64,000 nucleotides of DNA. Source: Lama glama (Eukaryota). The DNA lies in contig CM052817.1 of assembly GCA_028534125.1 (NCBI GenBank), positions 24,430,001 through 24,494,000 on the forward strand. Direction: 5' to 3'. Shown here piece by piece: positions 52,060 through 64,000 of the stretch. The notes beneath the pieces were generated by a model, which was not told the origin of the DNA, did not search any database, and saw only the letters and a list, made by a program, of their open reading frames with translations. The position numbers were made by a program, and so were the translations under genes. Numbering within the stretch: the stretch's first letter is position 1; each line of letters begins with the position of its first letter.

Positions 52060-52500
52060 CTTTAATGTTGTTACTTGTCAGAGATTTACCTTGGCCTTCC
52101 TCTCTTTTTCCTGGGCATATTACTGCTCCCTAAGCAGTCTTACCTATACCCATTACTTCAGGTACTCCCAGTACAGCTTTGACCTCCACATCTGTATCTC
52201 CAGACCCAATTCTCTACATCACAAACCCAGACATCATTCTTGAGTCCTTCCTCCTTCACATCCTTCACAGTCAGATTCAATGGGTTCTGCCTCTTAGTGG
52301 GTGATGAATAACCACCTTAGCCACTCTTCCTCTGCCCTCCTCTCTGTCCCCACAGCCATCTGCTTGCACTCCCTTCATCTGGACAGCTGCAGTTGCCTCC
52401 TTACCAGCCTTCTTGCCTTGCCTCTGTTCTCATCCCTTGCAACAGCTCCAGGTGATCTCATTATCAACATGCTGTAACTTCCCTGTCCAAAGTTCCCTGT
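52060..52500 (+). mobile_element. L2 fragment
   Basis: atctgtatctccagaccc...catcattcttgagtccttcctcc...ctggacagctgcagttgcctccttacc. Confidence 0.65.
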
Positions 52501-52699
52501 TCATCAGCAGACCAATAAACAATTACAGGCCAGGAGTTATAATAAAGTCACGCAAAGGAGGTCCAGAGAGAGGGGTACCTAACCAAGGCTGAGATGAGGG
52601 GTCAAACAGGTGAAAGAGTTGATAGTAACTGTGAATAAAAAGTCAGAAAGAGGGAAAGCAAGAAATTCTTCACAGAGGAAGCTGTGGGGATAGACTCTA

Positions 52700-52930
52700 G
52701 GATCTAACATGTATTGAGGGCTTGACTCTGTGCCAGAAATTTTACCTATAATTTCCTACTAAGTCTTCACAACAACCATTTGAGGTAGGTATTACTGCTA
52801 ACCCTATCTTATAGGTAAGGAACCCCAGAAACAGGATAGCAAAGACTGTGCCTTCAGTCACGCAGCTAGAGAATGGAAGAGCCAGGCATTCTAAGCCCTG
52901 GGACCATGCGCTCAGGTGTTACGCAAAACT
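52700..52930 (-). mobile_element. MIR
   Basis: atgtattgagggcttgactctgtgccag...tcttcacaacaacc...gaggtaggt...gtcacgcagctag. Confidence 0.75.
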
Positions 52931-55688
52931 GTCTCTTTTGAGGTGGAGGGGCTGTGGGGTAGAGAGAGAAAAAGAGAGATAGAAGTTAAAGATTGACAGA
53001 AATATGACTTTAGGTGTCCTGGTTAGGTAGCTATGAGTCTCAGAGTCAGGAATCCTGGGTTATTATCCTACACTATCGCATTAACTTTGAAATTGTGCTT
53101 AATATTTGCGCCTCAACTTCAGCATCTGAAAGATTGAGTTATTGGCATTTCCTCTTCTAGATTCTTGCCTGTCAAAAATCATTTTATACCTTTAGAGTAT
53201 TACTAAAATTAAGTGTCATCAGATCTACTAGTGTGGATATCAAGGGATGAAAGAAACTCATCATCTTTACAAATATTTCAAATATTGTTCTATCTCAAAA
53301 TAGGTGGAGGAAGCTTAGTTCCCAGAGCTCTTGAGCTCTGCAAGTCTTAGAATCTAATGCAATGTCATCAAGGTGTGGAGTCTGCTGTCCTTCCCCCAGC
53401 TTTTAGACCTACTGGAGAACTTCCCAAAGCTTTTGAACCTCATTGTGAAATACTCTATCCATTTTAAAAAGGAAGCACCTTTGGGGAGTATTGTACAGAT
53501 TCCTAAAAGCAAGAAAACACATCTCCAAGACGTGACCTTTCTAACTGGCATCTTGGCTTAACACTTTAGTTCTTCCAGTTTGAGGCTTGGGTCTGGACCT
53601 TACTGAAAACACAAACACTGCCCATGAATTATTCTGGGGATGAAATATAGATGACCTCTGCATCCAAGGGCAACTGTTTAATCTGGTTTGTCTCCTGAGC
53701 ATGAATCTTTGTTTAACGGAAAGAAAATTTTGTTGGGGAACTTTGTGTCTGTGAAAAATTAATCAAAAGGTGTAAGGATTTTCTTTCCTTCTTTAGGAAG
53801 GTATCTTTTAACTAAATTGACACTTAGCTGCCTACACAGTTTCTACAGTAATCCCTTATTAACAGAGGTCTCTTAAATCCAAAAAATAAAAAGCCTAGAC
53901 AATCAGCCATAGGAAGCATTGAAAATTCTCATAATATATGTGAAGCCATACTTTTTCTTGTTTCCTTGCCCCAGTAATTTAAAACTGCTGCTCAGTAACT
54001 CAGTTCTTCTCCTGCTAAACATATTTGCTGGAAAGAACCTCAATATATGCTGTGGCTCAGAATAATATGTCAGCATTTGAGAAGAAGGAAATTAAAGGTT
54101 TGTCCATTTCTCCTCCCATTTTGGTAATCCATGTGTAGATATGTGGAATGTTACTATAACCCATCCCTGTATCCATTTCGACTTTTGTTTTCCATTGATG
54201 GCTGTATGCAAATCAGGCCAAAGCAAATTGCAGAAAGGTAATGTTAATAATTTAAAAAGAAAATGCCATAGAACAGTTGAATGACAGCAGGAAATTAGCT
54301 GCATTGTGTAATGGATGAATACGAATTACAAAAGCAAAATAAATCTCAGCATTTGGATAAGAAGTTAAAAACATGTAAGAGATGGTAACATAATTTTTCA
54401 CCCTAAAACCATTATATAACTCCCTTAAAATATAAGGGAAAATACAACTAGCACGTGTTAGTAAAATTAGCCTGTCTTTTAAGATGGGATAATATAAGAA
54501 GAGACAGGAAATCAGCCTTTGAAAATGTTTATCATTACCTACATTCAAAATATTTAAAATAATGCCCCAAATTTGCCTTGAATAAAAGGAACTTTGCATG
54601 CTTCAGTATTTTCTGGGTAGGTTGAAGTTAAATAATCCTCAGAACAGAAAGGTTAAGCATGTTTCCAAATTCCTATTCTTGGAGGGCATTTCTGACCCAT
54701 GGGCTAGGCAGAGAGTTGCCCTCCATTCGGGGAGATGCTGGATGGTTTTGTTGTAGTGATGAATGACATGTTTTAAAATGTATTAGAAATGGTTTTCAGC
54801 CATATCTGCAGGAAGCAAGTGAGGAGAGAACATCTAAAAATGTTTTAACTTGAAACATAACTTATAACAGACAAAAATGGGAAGGCGATAGTTTAAGTTA
54901 ATTGTCTCTCATTTATACCTTATACTTATAAATACCACCCTTTATGTATTTAAACTGAATCAAGACTGTAAAATTTCTTGACATTGGAAGAAAAATAAAA
55001 GCAAACTTTTACTAAGCCACACAGAATGTGTAACATTTTATAAGTTGCTACTTTTGTGTTGGTTTGATTTTTTTTTAATATTGTAACATATGATATAAAA
55101 CATAAAGACATAAGTAAGCCTAAGGTGTATACATTTCCCAAACATAGCAATTGATTCTCACATTGTAAAATGAGTCCTAGGTTTTGAAATGAAATTGCCA
55201 AACTCTCTTAATCACAACTTTAAAGCAAGTTTTTAAAATCTGTTATCTCACAGAATTTCTTTCATTTTTCTATCTCTGGTGCAATTAAACTTTACATTAG
55301 ATTTGAGTTTTATGAAATAGCCTAAAGTTCTAACCTCTTGCGTAGTTTCTATTTTTATTTATTATAAATAGGATGACTGTTTTTTCCTAAAATTATTAAG
55401 CACTGAATATAAATTTTTAGATTACAAAAAGAACAAAATTCCTTTAATAATTCCTCCTTAAAAGGTTCTATCAGACTGAAGGCTACTATTTAAACATGTT
55501 TCAAAAAAAGCATCTGTAATTTTGCTGAACTTCATGGTATCATATTCCCTTGATACTCGGCCAGTAACATATAGTTTGGTCCAAGGCTGCATTTGTTCTG
55601 CTTTAAATGGCATCATTTGGTTTCATCTTGTTTTAATGAAGCATCAACTTCTATATCCCCACAACAGCCACTTACACTTTTAGTGTTC

Positions 55689-55720
55689 ATGTGTGTGCAT
55701 GTGTGTGTGTGAGTGTGTAT
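55689..55720. repeat. Imperfect (GT)n microsatellite
   Basis: Direct reading of the sequence. Confidence 0.85.
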
Positions 55721-58229
55721 GAACGGGTATAAGCCATCTCTTTCATAGTCAAGTACTGTTGAAGACAAGGGCATTATCCACAGGTGCAAGTACCTAGCAA
55801 GACCAAAGCAGGCATGCACGCAGGCTTCTGTGAAGAAGGTCCTTCATCTCAGGTTGTCCAGTTCCCACCTCCCAGGGTCAGTCATTACAACACCATCCTT
55901 TCCTCTCAGGCTGCCTTTTCATAGGTCAATCTGTCCCCACTCCTTTGAATCAATTTGGTTTTGTTTCGTACAATGGCATAGATAGGTTCTGTTAAAGTGC
56001 TTCCATCAAAGGGCTTTTCTCACATTATCTCTTCACCACTGTCCCCATTCATTAGCCACACAGTATCTTCTTATCTGTTATAAAGAAATCAATCAATGAA
56101 TCAAACAATGTGAAGAAACCCCAAGCAAATCCAAAGTCTAGACTTATTCAATTGTTTTGATTCTGATTCCAGTAGCACTCCACTCTGGAGCCAGTGATGA
56201 ATGAGATAGGGCACCCGTCTGAAGTGCAGTCATTTATCACCCATTAGGCAAAACTTCTACTGCAACTGTTGTCAGGAAAGGTTTCAGTAATGAGGAGAAC
56301 ATGCAGTTCTGTCCAACCTCTCTTTCTAAGCTTACTGGGAGCCCTGGGCTGTGATTCTGAGCCATAAGAGTTGCTTACCAATTAGCAAAACAAGCCACAC
56401 TCTGAAATGTGTAAACGATCCTTGAAACCGGGCAGAAAGCCCAGGAATAAAGCTTCTCTGACCTGTTCTAACTAATGTTGCCACCGTTACCTTTTCCCTT
56501 CAGTTATTTAGGCTTCCTCCATGCCTTGACTGGATTGCTGCTGACAGTGATGTGGAGCATACTCATTAATCATTTTCTTGTCATTGTGTTCTGCCAAGGG
56601 GGAAGGGAATGATGCTCACTGCCAAAAATAGAATGCCTTCTCTCTGATAAATAGGAGAAAACTCTGTAATGAACATGTTATCTTGTCATGGGCAAGTTCA
56701 TCTTCAATTGTCTTGAGAAGCAGCATATAATACTGGTGCTGTGTATCTATGTATCATAGGCCTGCAATACTGAAGATGTAAATAGACACTAAATTAAAGT
56801 AAGTGCTTTGAAAAATAGCTACATAAACATAAACTCTTAGCTAATAATTTCTGAGTCATGGACACTGAATTTTCTAAGCCATAAATGTTTGATGCAAGAA
56901 GGCTGACATTTAAGTTTTTATTACTTATATACATGAAAAAGACCGATTCCTCTGTGTGTATGTGTGTGTGTGTAGAAACATTTTTATCTTCCTGCATTTG
57001 TTTGCAAAACCTATCATGCTGGATCACCCTTTCAAAGATTTCTAGAATATTATCAGTGCACACAAATCCAATGTAATGATAACACCGTAAAGTCTAACAT
57101 TGTTTTAGAGCTGGAATAACTGTTAAGGGCCACCCAGTCCCATGTCTTCATTTTATAAATGTGGGGGTGTAAGCTCAGATAATTATTATTCAAGAGGCCA
57201 GAGGTCCTTGCTGACCCACGCTCCCAGTATGGATTTTTTCCTAATCCTTTGTATCATTCCATCCATATTCCTGTTCTGGCTTAGTGTGAAGTCTCACGGA
57301 GCAAGGAGGTGAGATGTTCTGGGATGCCTGATCATCCTTGCAAACCCTGCTCTATTATACTTTGAGTTTAATGAAGGAGTGTTACCCCATTTTTCAATTG
57401 AGAAAGCAAAATTAGAGAAGTTGAGCTAATTAGTTAGAGGCAGACTAGTGAGTTAGGGTTAGGCAGAGTAGGGATTGGTATCCAGGCTGCCTGGCATCCA
57501 ACATCCCAAAACAAGTAGTATTACAATTATCATGTGCCTGATATTTAGTTCCATTTCTCTTCTTTTATTCAGGAAAAAAAAGTTTCTTTTTTGGTGTATC
57601 TGTAAAAATGGCTATATTTGTGTAAGCTAAAGGCTGAAAGGGCATTGGAGAGGCACGAGTCTGAACAACACACCACTTGAAATATTCTCCCAGACATCCT
57701 GCCAACAGTCTGCCTGAAGGTCTCAGGGAGTCATTCTGGGGCTGTATGCTTAGTAGAAGGATGGTTCTAGAACCACTAAAATTAACTTTTAGTTTCATCC
57801 ATCACCATGTCTCACCTCTACAAAATGACATAGTAAAAGCAGACAACACTTATGGTTTTCAACATATTGGCCTGTGGATGAAAATCATCAGCTAATCAAT
57901 TTAGTTGACACGTGCATCATGAGACTGGCTTGAGGGAGGTCAGCCCCCACCCACTGGGTCATACAGCAAAGTCATGTGGGAGAGAATAAACAATCACCTG
58001 TTGTTTAAAAGGCACCATCTGTTTTGGAAGTTGTTTTCTTCCTTTTTTCCTTCTTTCATTCACCCTTCCTTTCACATTTCATCTTCTATTTTTTTCCCCC
58101 TGTATACAGTATTGTTCTTTCACAAGGCAGAGAAGCCAAAATCTATTTGTTCTGTAAATTAGCTTGTTACATTGCCCTAACAAATAATTTCCCATTGGTG
58201 AAATGAAACACAGATTGACAAGTGTGGGA

Positions 58230-58410
58230 AATAATGTACATGGATCTGGGAATGAGTCCTGATTCTGCCCCAAATAAAAATAAGCTGGGTTATGATGGAT
58301 AACCTCTCTGAGCCTATTTCTTCACCTGTAAAACTGATATCATCAACCAGAGTAATTACAAGATACAAAGAAAAGACTGTATGTGACAGTGCTTAGTAAA
58401 TTAATTCCAT
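58230..58410 (+). mobile_element. MIR
   Basis: taacctctctgagcctatttcttcacctgtaaaa...gtgcttagtaaa. Confidence 0.7.
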
Positions 58411-59699
58411 ATATGTCCTATTTTTAACACTCTCAGATTTTAATTAGTTTCTAATCTTGTTTCATATGACAAAGTAAAATCAATGACTATTGCTGTAAAT
58501 TGCACTATAAGAGTTATATATTCAAGTTTTTGCCAACAATATAACTTGAGATAGGAAATTCTGGCCACAGTAACTTGAGAAATGATTTTAGCATTTGATA
58601 CCTAACCCAAATGTTAATGAAATAAATCACTGTAGCATGTAACTCAATTCACATCTCTGCTGATTGGTTTGACACAGAGCTGCCATCAGTCTGGAAAGAA
58701 GATCCACTTGCATAGTGAAGCGAAGATTAGGGGGAAAATGGTCCCATGTGTAAATTGCATTTATAAAGTTTAACTGCATCAAAACCTATCTAGACTTCAA
58801 CTAAAATTTATAGCACTCTTGGTTATACCGTCTCATCAGCCCTCCAAGCCACATTGGGTATTCTTATCTTTGTGGGTCTTTTCTGATTGACTAGATCAGA
58901 AAGAGAAGTTATGTTCTACTTCCTGCTATCCTATCTTTCTGAGCTGAAAGTGTCTGGCCCAAGGTTGTCACCATAAGTGACCCCAGACATTTGTCAAAAA
59001 CATTACAGTGCCTTTACTGTGTAAAGATACCCTCAAGAGTTTCTCCAGAATTCATCTTCAAAGAGTTTACAGTCTTCTAATAAAGAATATTTTGGAAGAG
59101 CAGCATATCACCAAAGTAAGCGGCAGCGCACAGTTCTAAGGGCATAACAGGTGCGAAGTCAAACATCACTGCAAAGCAGATGACAAATTCTGAAGTAACA
59201 GCAGTATTTGAAAAGGTGGGTTAAGGGAGGTAGTGAAGGTGAAGATAAAGTTTGAGAAGAAGTAAAAAAAATAACACTTAGAATATTGTTCATGTTAAAT
59301 AAAGTTCCCAAATTGTTTTTTTATAATTTTCAATGACTCCTCTTTGCCCTCACAATAAAGCTCAAACCCCTACCCAAAGCATGGCTCATTGGACAAGTAG
59401 TTACAGAATACTACTCCGGGCCAGGCAGTGGGGAGACCAGAAAAAACACAGAGCTTCTGGGATTTGTTTTCTGTGCCTTCTCCACATCTTGCTCTGTATA
59501 AAAACTCCATATATCTGTAAAGATCCTCCAACAGTCCACTAATATTTCTGCTTCCTTGCCTTTGTTCTTCGAAGAATGACCATCTCCTTCCTTTGAAACC
59601 CTTCTCATCTTTCAAGTCTTTGCTCAAAGGCACTGCTTTCATAAATCTTGGCTAGTCCATGGGGCCAACTTCCAATGCACTTGATTTACCTCTGTAGCA

Positions 59700-60040
59700 T
59701 CTGCTACAACAAAAATATGATAGGCTGGGTGACTTATAATCAATAGAATTTTATTTCTCACAGTCTGGAGGCTAAGAAGTTCAAGATCAAAGCACCAACA
59801 GATTCAATGTCTGGGGTGAGTCCTCTTCTTGGTTCATAGATGGCCATCTTCTTGCTGTGTCTTCAGGTGGCAGAAGGGACAAGGGAGCTCTCTGAGCCCT
59901 CTTTTATTAGGGCACTAATCCCATTCATGAGAGCTCCACCCTCATGACCTAATCACATCCCAAAGACCCCCACCTCTAATATCATCACATTAGGGGTTAG
60001 GTTTCAACATCTGAACTTGGGGGAAACACAACTTGTAGCA
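59700..60040 (-). mobile_element. MLT1A0-type MaLR solo LTR
   Basis: ctgctacaacaaaa...tttatttctcacagtctggaggctaagaagttcaagatcaa...ggcactaatcccattcatgag...ggtttcaacat. Confidence 0.85.
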
Positions 60041-60309
60041 ACCCCTATGATCAATTAATTAACAATCAATTAATAAACAAATTCTCTCATGGGGAAGCAT
60101 GTCATAAACGGAAGGAAAGTATACCTTGGAGACATGTTCATAGAGGACCCAACATTAAGCTGTTCACACACACATAAAACACCTTCTCTCTCCCTGCCCT
60201 GATCCTTCTAAAGAGATGATATCATAGGTTTGCTCCTAGTGGAATCTGAGTCAGTAAGGCCAGTGCCCACTGCACTGCTGATAATTGAGGTGGAGGAATA
60301 AGGAGAGTG

Positions 60310-60850
60310 AAGACATGGAACATCTGTTGATGTTCCATGTCTAAATGTACATCAACAGATGACCGAATAAAGAAGATGTGGTATATTTATACAATGGAAT
60401 ACTATTCAGCCATAAAAATGACAACATAATGCCATTTGCAGCAACATGGATGTCCCTGGAGAACATCACTCTAAGCCAGAAAGAGAAAGAAAAATACCAT
60501 ATGAGATCACTCATATGTGGAATGAAAAAAAAAAGAACATAAATACAAAACAGAAACAGACCCATAGACATAAAATACAAACTTGTGTTTGCCAGGGGGG
60601 AAGGGGGTGGAAGGGACACTGGGAGCTTGAAATTTGTAGATACTGACAGACATATGTAGAATAGATAATCAAGATTATACTGTATAGCACAGGGAAATAT
60701 ATACAAGATCTGGTGGTAGCTCATGGTGAAAAAGAATGCGACAATGAATATATATATGTTCATGTATAACTGAAAAATTGTGCTCTATGTTGGAAATTGA
60801 CACAACATTGTAAACTGACTATAACTCAATAAAAAATGTTAAAAAAAATA
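60310..60850 (+). mobile_element. 5'-truncated young L1 3' end with a rearranged 5' junction
   Basis: aaatgtacatcaacagatgac...gccatttgcagcaacatggatg...actcaataaaaaatg and A tail. Confidence 0.95.
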
Positions 60851-62122
60851 CAAATGGGGGGAAAAAAGAGCTTACATTTTCAAATTAAAAACAAAAAAAG
60901 ATGAGACTTCAGTTCTGTTCACAGTCAGGTTAGTAAGCCAGATATGTGAAAGAAATAGTTCTCATTGATAGACGCCAGTTCCTGAAAGACTTTACACATA
61001 GTCAACTTTACTACAGTGTATACTACTGTAAAAATGGCACCAAGAGGAAGACTTTGGTCAATGGTGACAGTGAGGCAAATGTGTTTCCTTTTTCCTCTTG
61101 TGGCCTAAGGGAAATCATGTTCTGAGGCCTTAGCTAATTATCAGAGTGAACTTGGACCCAAGGAGAAAGCAACTCATTAAAAAGGTATAATCTGTGTTTG
61201 AGATTCAGATTTATTATACCTTTTCAGTTTTCTCTTGAGAGAAATCTCTTAAGAAATACTGAATAATTAAAATAATATTAAAGAGCATATTCTTAAATCT
61301 TGTTGAAAGTCTTTCTCAATTTTTTCTTTTCTATTTTCTTGTAATTTATCATAAGCAACTATCCTGGGCACTGGGGATTCGGAGCTGGTGGTGTATTTCA
61401 AGCTCTTATTATTCACTAGAATTCCTCATGAGGAGTAGTTAGTAGGGTTTTCTTCACTTATTTTTCTTTGTGATTTCCAGTTGTAGTGGGAAAAGTGCCT
61501 ACAAATATTGCTGATGAGTGAGAAACTGCACATTCTTTGGCAACATTGGTGAGAAGCCAAGTACTGAGTGAACACTACTATTTGCAAAATGATTTCTGTG
61601 AAAGAGCCCAAAACTATAGTTACTGCTCTTCACTTTGCCCTAATGGTGAGAAATCACTTTCAGTAACAGGCAGGTTATCTGCCCAGTTTGTAGCCTACTG
61701 ACAAACTTCATTTCACCTTTTCTTAGTCCGTTAGACATTGTTAAGCAGCTCTTGGGTTCTATTCTATAGTAGGAATTAGGGCAGTTTGCAGAATCTGCAG
61801 GCAACCTGGGATGGTAGAGAGTCTTCTGAGACTGTAATTTTTAGTTTTCTCTCCTTTGACCTTTTCAACCCCGTAGTTTCATCCCATCAGAAGATGGAGG
61901 TATCAGTCGTGATTCCTAAGTAGTCAGTCAAAAGAACCAACCAACTTAAGCACCTTCAGAGCCTCCTCCTCTGCTGTCTCTGGAAGCCACAGGTCTCTGG
62001 GCAGCCTTCACCACAACAGGTTCTTCTCAGTGCCTGCTTCTCATCACTACCTTTCAAATCTATGACTTACAGATTCATCTCCGGTTGGCAGCACCTAGAT
62101 CCCATGCTTATGCCATAATTGC

Positions 62123-62139
62123 ACACACACACACACACA
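62123..62139. repeat. (CA)n microsatellite
   Basis: Direct reading of the sequence. Confidence 0.9.
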
Positions 62140-62499
62140 AAGCTGGAAAAATTAGTTTCTGATATCTTCTGTAGAGATTCTTAAAGTAGAGAACTCCCCA
62201 AAGTAGGTATGTTCAAAGGTACCAGGCTGACAAAAAGAACGACTGACGTCTACTCCCTTGGTTTCATAGCAGAGCTAGAATATCAGCCAACACTCTAGGT
62301 CAGGGAGAACAAGAGGCTCAGGAGAGAATGGTGAGTTACTGTTCAACTCCTCTATTCCCTCTAAACCCTGGCTCCTTGTTCTTGACTTACCAGCTGAGCA
62401 TCTTTGAGCGAATTACTCGACATTTCTAGCCCAAGCCGTCCGCCCAGCTGGAGTCCCTCAGATGGCCCTCCAGCAGCTCATTTCTATGCCCACTTGGAC

Positions 62500-63010
62500 T
62501 TTAACAACATAAATCTCATGATGCTATTTTCTAGGCTTAACACACTCCAAAAGCTACCTGATCACTTTCCAACAGCCCGCAAGATCCTATAGGAACTGGT
62601 CTCTGCCTAGATGCCCTTCAAGGCATCTAAGACCACCCTTTCCCTCATTAACTGTTGCTCAGCCCCACTGATTCAATAACACAGGCCAGCTTGTTTTGAC
62701 TCAGTCCTGCCCTGTGGTTTGTCCCTACCTGTAATGTTCTTCCACCAAATGCCTGCCTGGGTGGATCCTTCTCATCATTCGGGTCTCAGCTCAAATGCCA
62801 CTTCCTCAGAGACTTTCCTGAACATCCTATTTAAATTGGACACTCCTTCCAAACTCTTTATACTATACCCTCTTTTAAAAATCATATTTCTTATCAATAC
62901 CTAGGTTACCTTATTTATCTATTTATTAAACTGTCTATTTTCTCTTTGCACTACTAAAAAATGATGTTCATATTTATCTCAGTATCCCCAGTGCCTAGAA
63001 CTGTGCCAAT
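62500..63010 (+). mobile_element. L2 fragment
   Basis: tctcagctcaaatgccacttcctcagagactttcctga...gtatccccagtgcctagaactgtgcc. Confidence 0.75.
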
Positions 63011-64000
63011 TTCCTGAGCTGCTGATTCAGTTCCTTCCACACTCTTCTTATTCCAGACTTCCCTTTGCCCCACTTCCTGGCACCTTAACTGAGTTCCCAG
63101 TCATGCGTTTGAGCAGATGGGAACTCCCACTTCCCCTGAAGCAGATGGCATCCTTCATGGCTAGTGTAGGCAGGGTATCAGTAGCCTGGGAGTTGAGCAC
63201 ATGATCAGAATGTACAGGGCTGTGAAATTTGAAAGAAATTGAGTAGGAGAGTGGGGAAGAAAGATTGGAGATGTCAGGCAGGCCAAAAATCAGATGGGCA
63301 AAGATATGACAAAGGTGGCTATGGATATGAGGTTGAAAACAAGAGTCAGTTGACTTGCTGTGTGGCCAGGGCCTAACCTCAGCTGTCATTTCTTCTTAGA
63401 TGAGCACAGCAGAGAGGAAGCAGCAGACAGGGCCAGGAATAAAAACCACGTCGTTCGTCAAAGATCTGTTTCTTAGAGACACAAAGACAGCAGGATTAGC
63501 TAAAACATCCACATGCTTGTTAATGATTCTTGTTACTATGGAGTCCTGAGAGCCAGGCTAATCTGCATGGAAGAGGGGCCCATCTGGGCTTGAATTTTCC
63601 TGGTGATGTCCGAGCTATCTGAGCTTTCTCAGGTATAGCTTCAAAAGAAGGATACCATCTTCTTCCTTTCAAGTAGGGTCCTACTTTAACTGTTTCCTTT
63701 TCACTTTTAGCTAAACTGACTTCACTTTACGTACACCTGCAGACGAACATGTCCTCAAATAGAAGGATGTTTTCAGACAAGTATCCACTGAAAATCCCTG
63801 TGTCATAGACCTTGACCTGAACGTTGTGATGAGTTGGGTAATAGTTTTCAGTCTTAATGACTTTCCTTTTAATTACCTGAAATATCTAGACAATCACTTG
63901 CATTTCACTCTGCTGATGGTGAAATAGCCATGATGTTATAAACTGTGGTTAGTGTGGGTTGCGGTTGTGTTAACCCAACTCTGTAAAGAAGTCCAAATTT

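Noticed and set aside
61180..61224. 12-bp inverted repeat aaaaggtataat/attatacctttt as a pre-miRNA or terminator
   Set aside because: The stem is AT-rich and too short for a pre-miRNA, and is plausible by chance in 64 kb.
1..64000. CRISPR array, operon, rRNA or CpG-island promoter
   Set aside because: This is mammalian, CpG-depleted DNA with no regularly spaced repeats, rRNA similarity or CpG island.

Overview
This is AT-rich, CpG-poor eutherian genomic DNA, probably camelid. A tRNA-Ala-derived SINE of the vic-1 type lies at about 49341-49460, and I saw no Alu, BovB/Bov-tA, PRE1 or Can-SINE copies. The window looks intronic or intergenic. I recognise no intact protein-coding gene, and the listed ORFs are repeat remnants, N-gap artefacts or chance frames. 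It is dominated by transposable-element fossils: old MIR, L2, L1ME, hAT and MaLR copies, three decayed ERV-L internal fragments (gag-pro-RT; IN-dUTPase-LTR16; RNaseH-IN-dUTPase-LTR), and about ten younger L1 copies, several with readable target-site duplications (TSDs). There are three assembly gaps of 500, 100 and 500 N. The most interesting patterns are recurrent fold-back or templated hairpins at the 5' junctions of young L1 insertions (including one complex four-segment junction), an L1 keeping both ends with two large internal deletions, a few candidate small exons, and perfect nuclear-receptor sites in unique sequence. I cannot support a novel multi-gene system here. Repeat family names come from my recollection of consensus sequences and boundaries are approximate, so they need confirming with RepeatMasker/Dfam.
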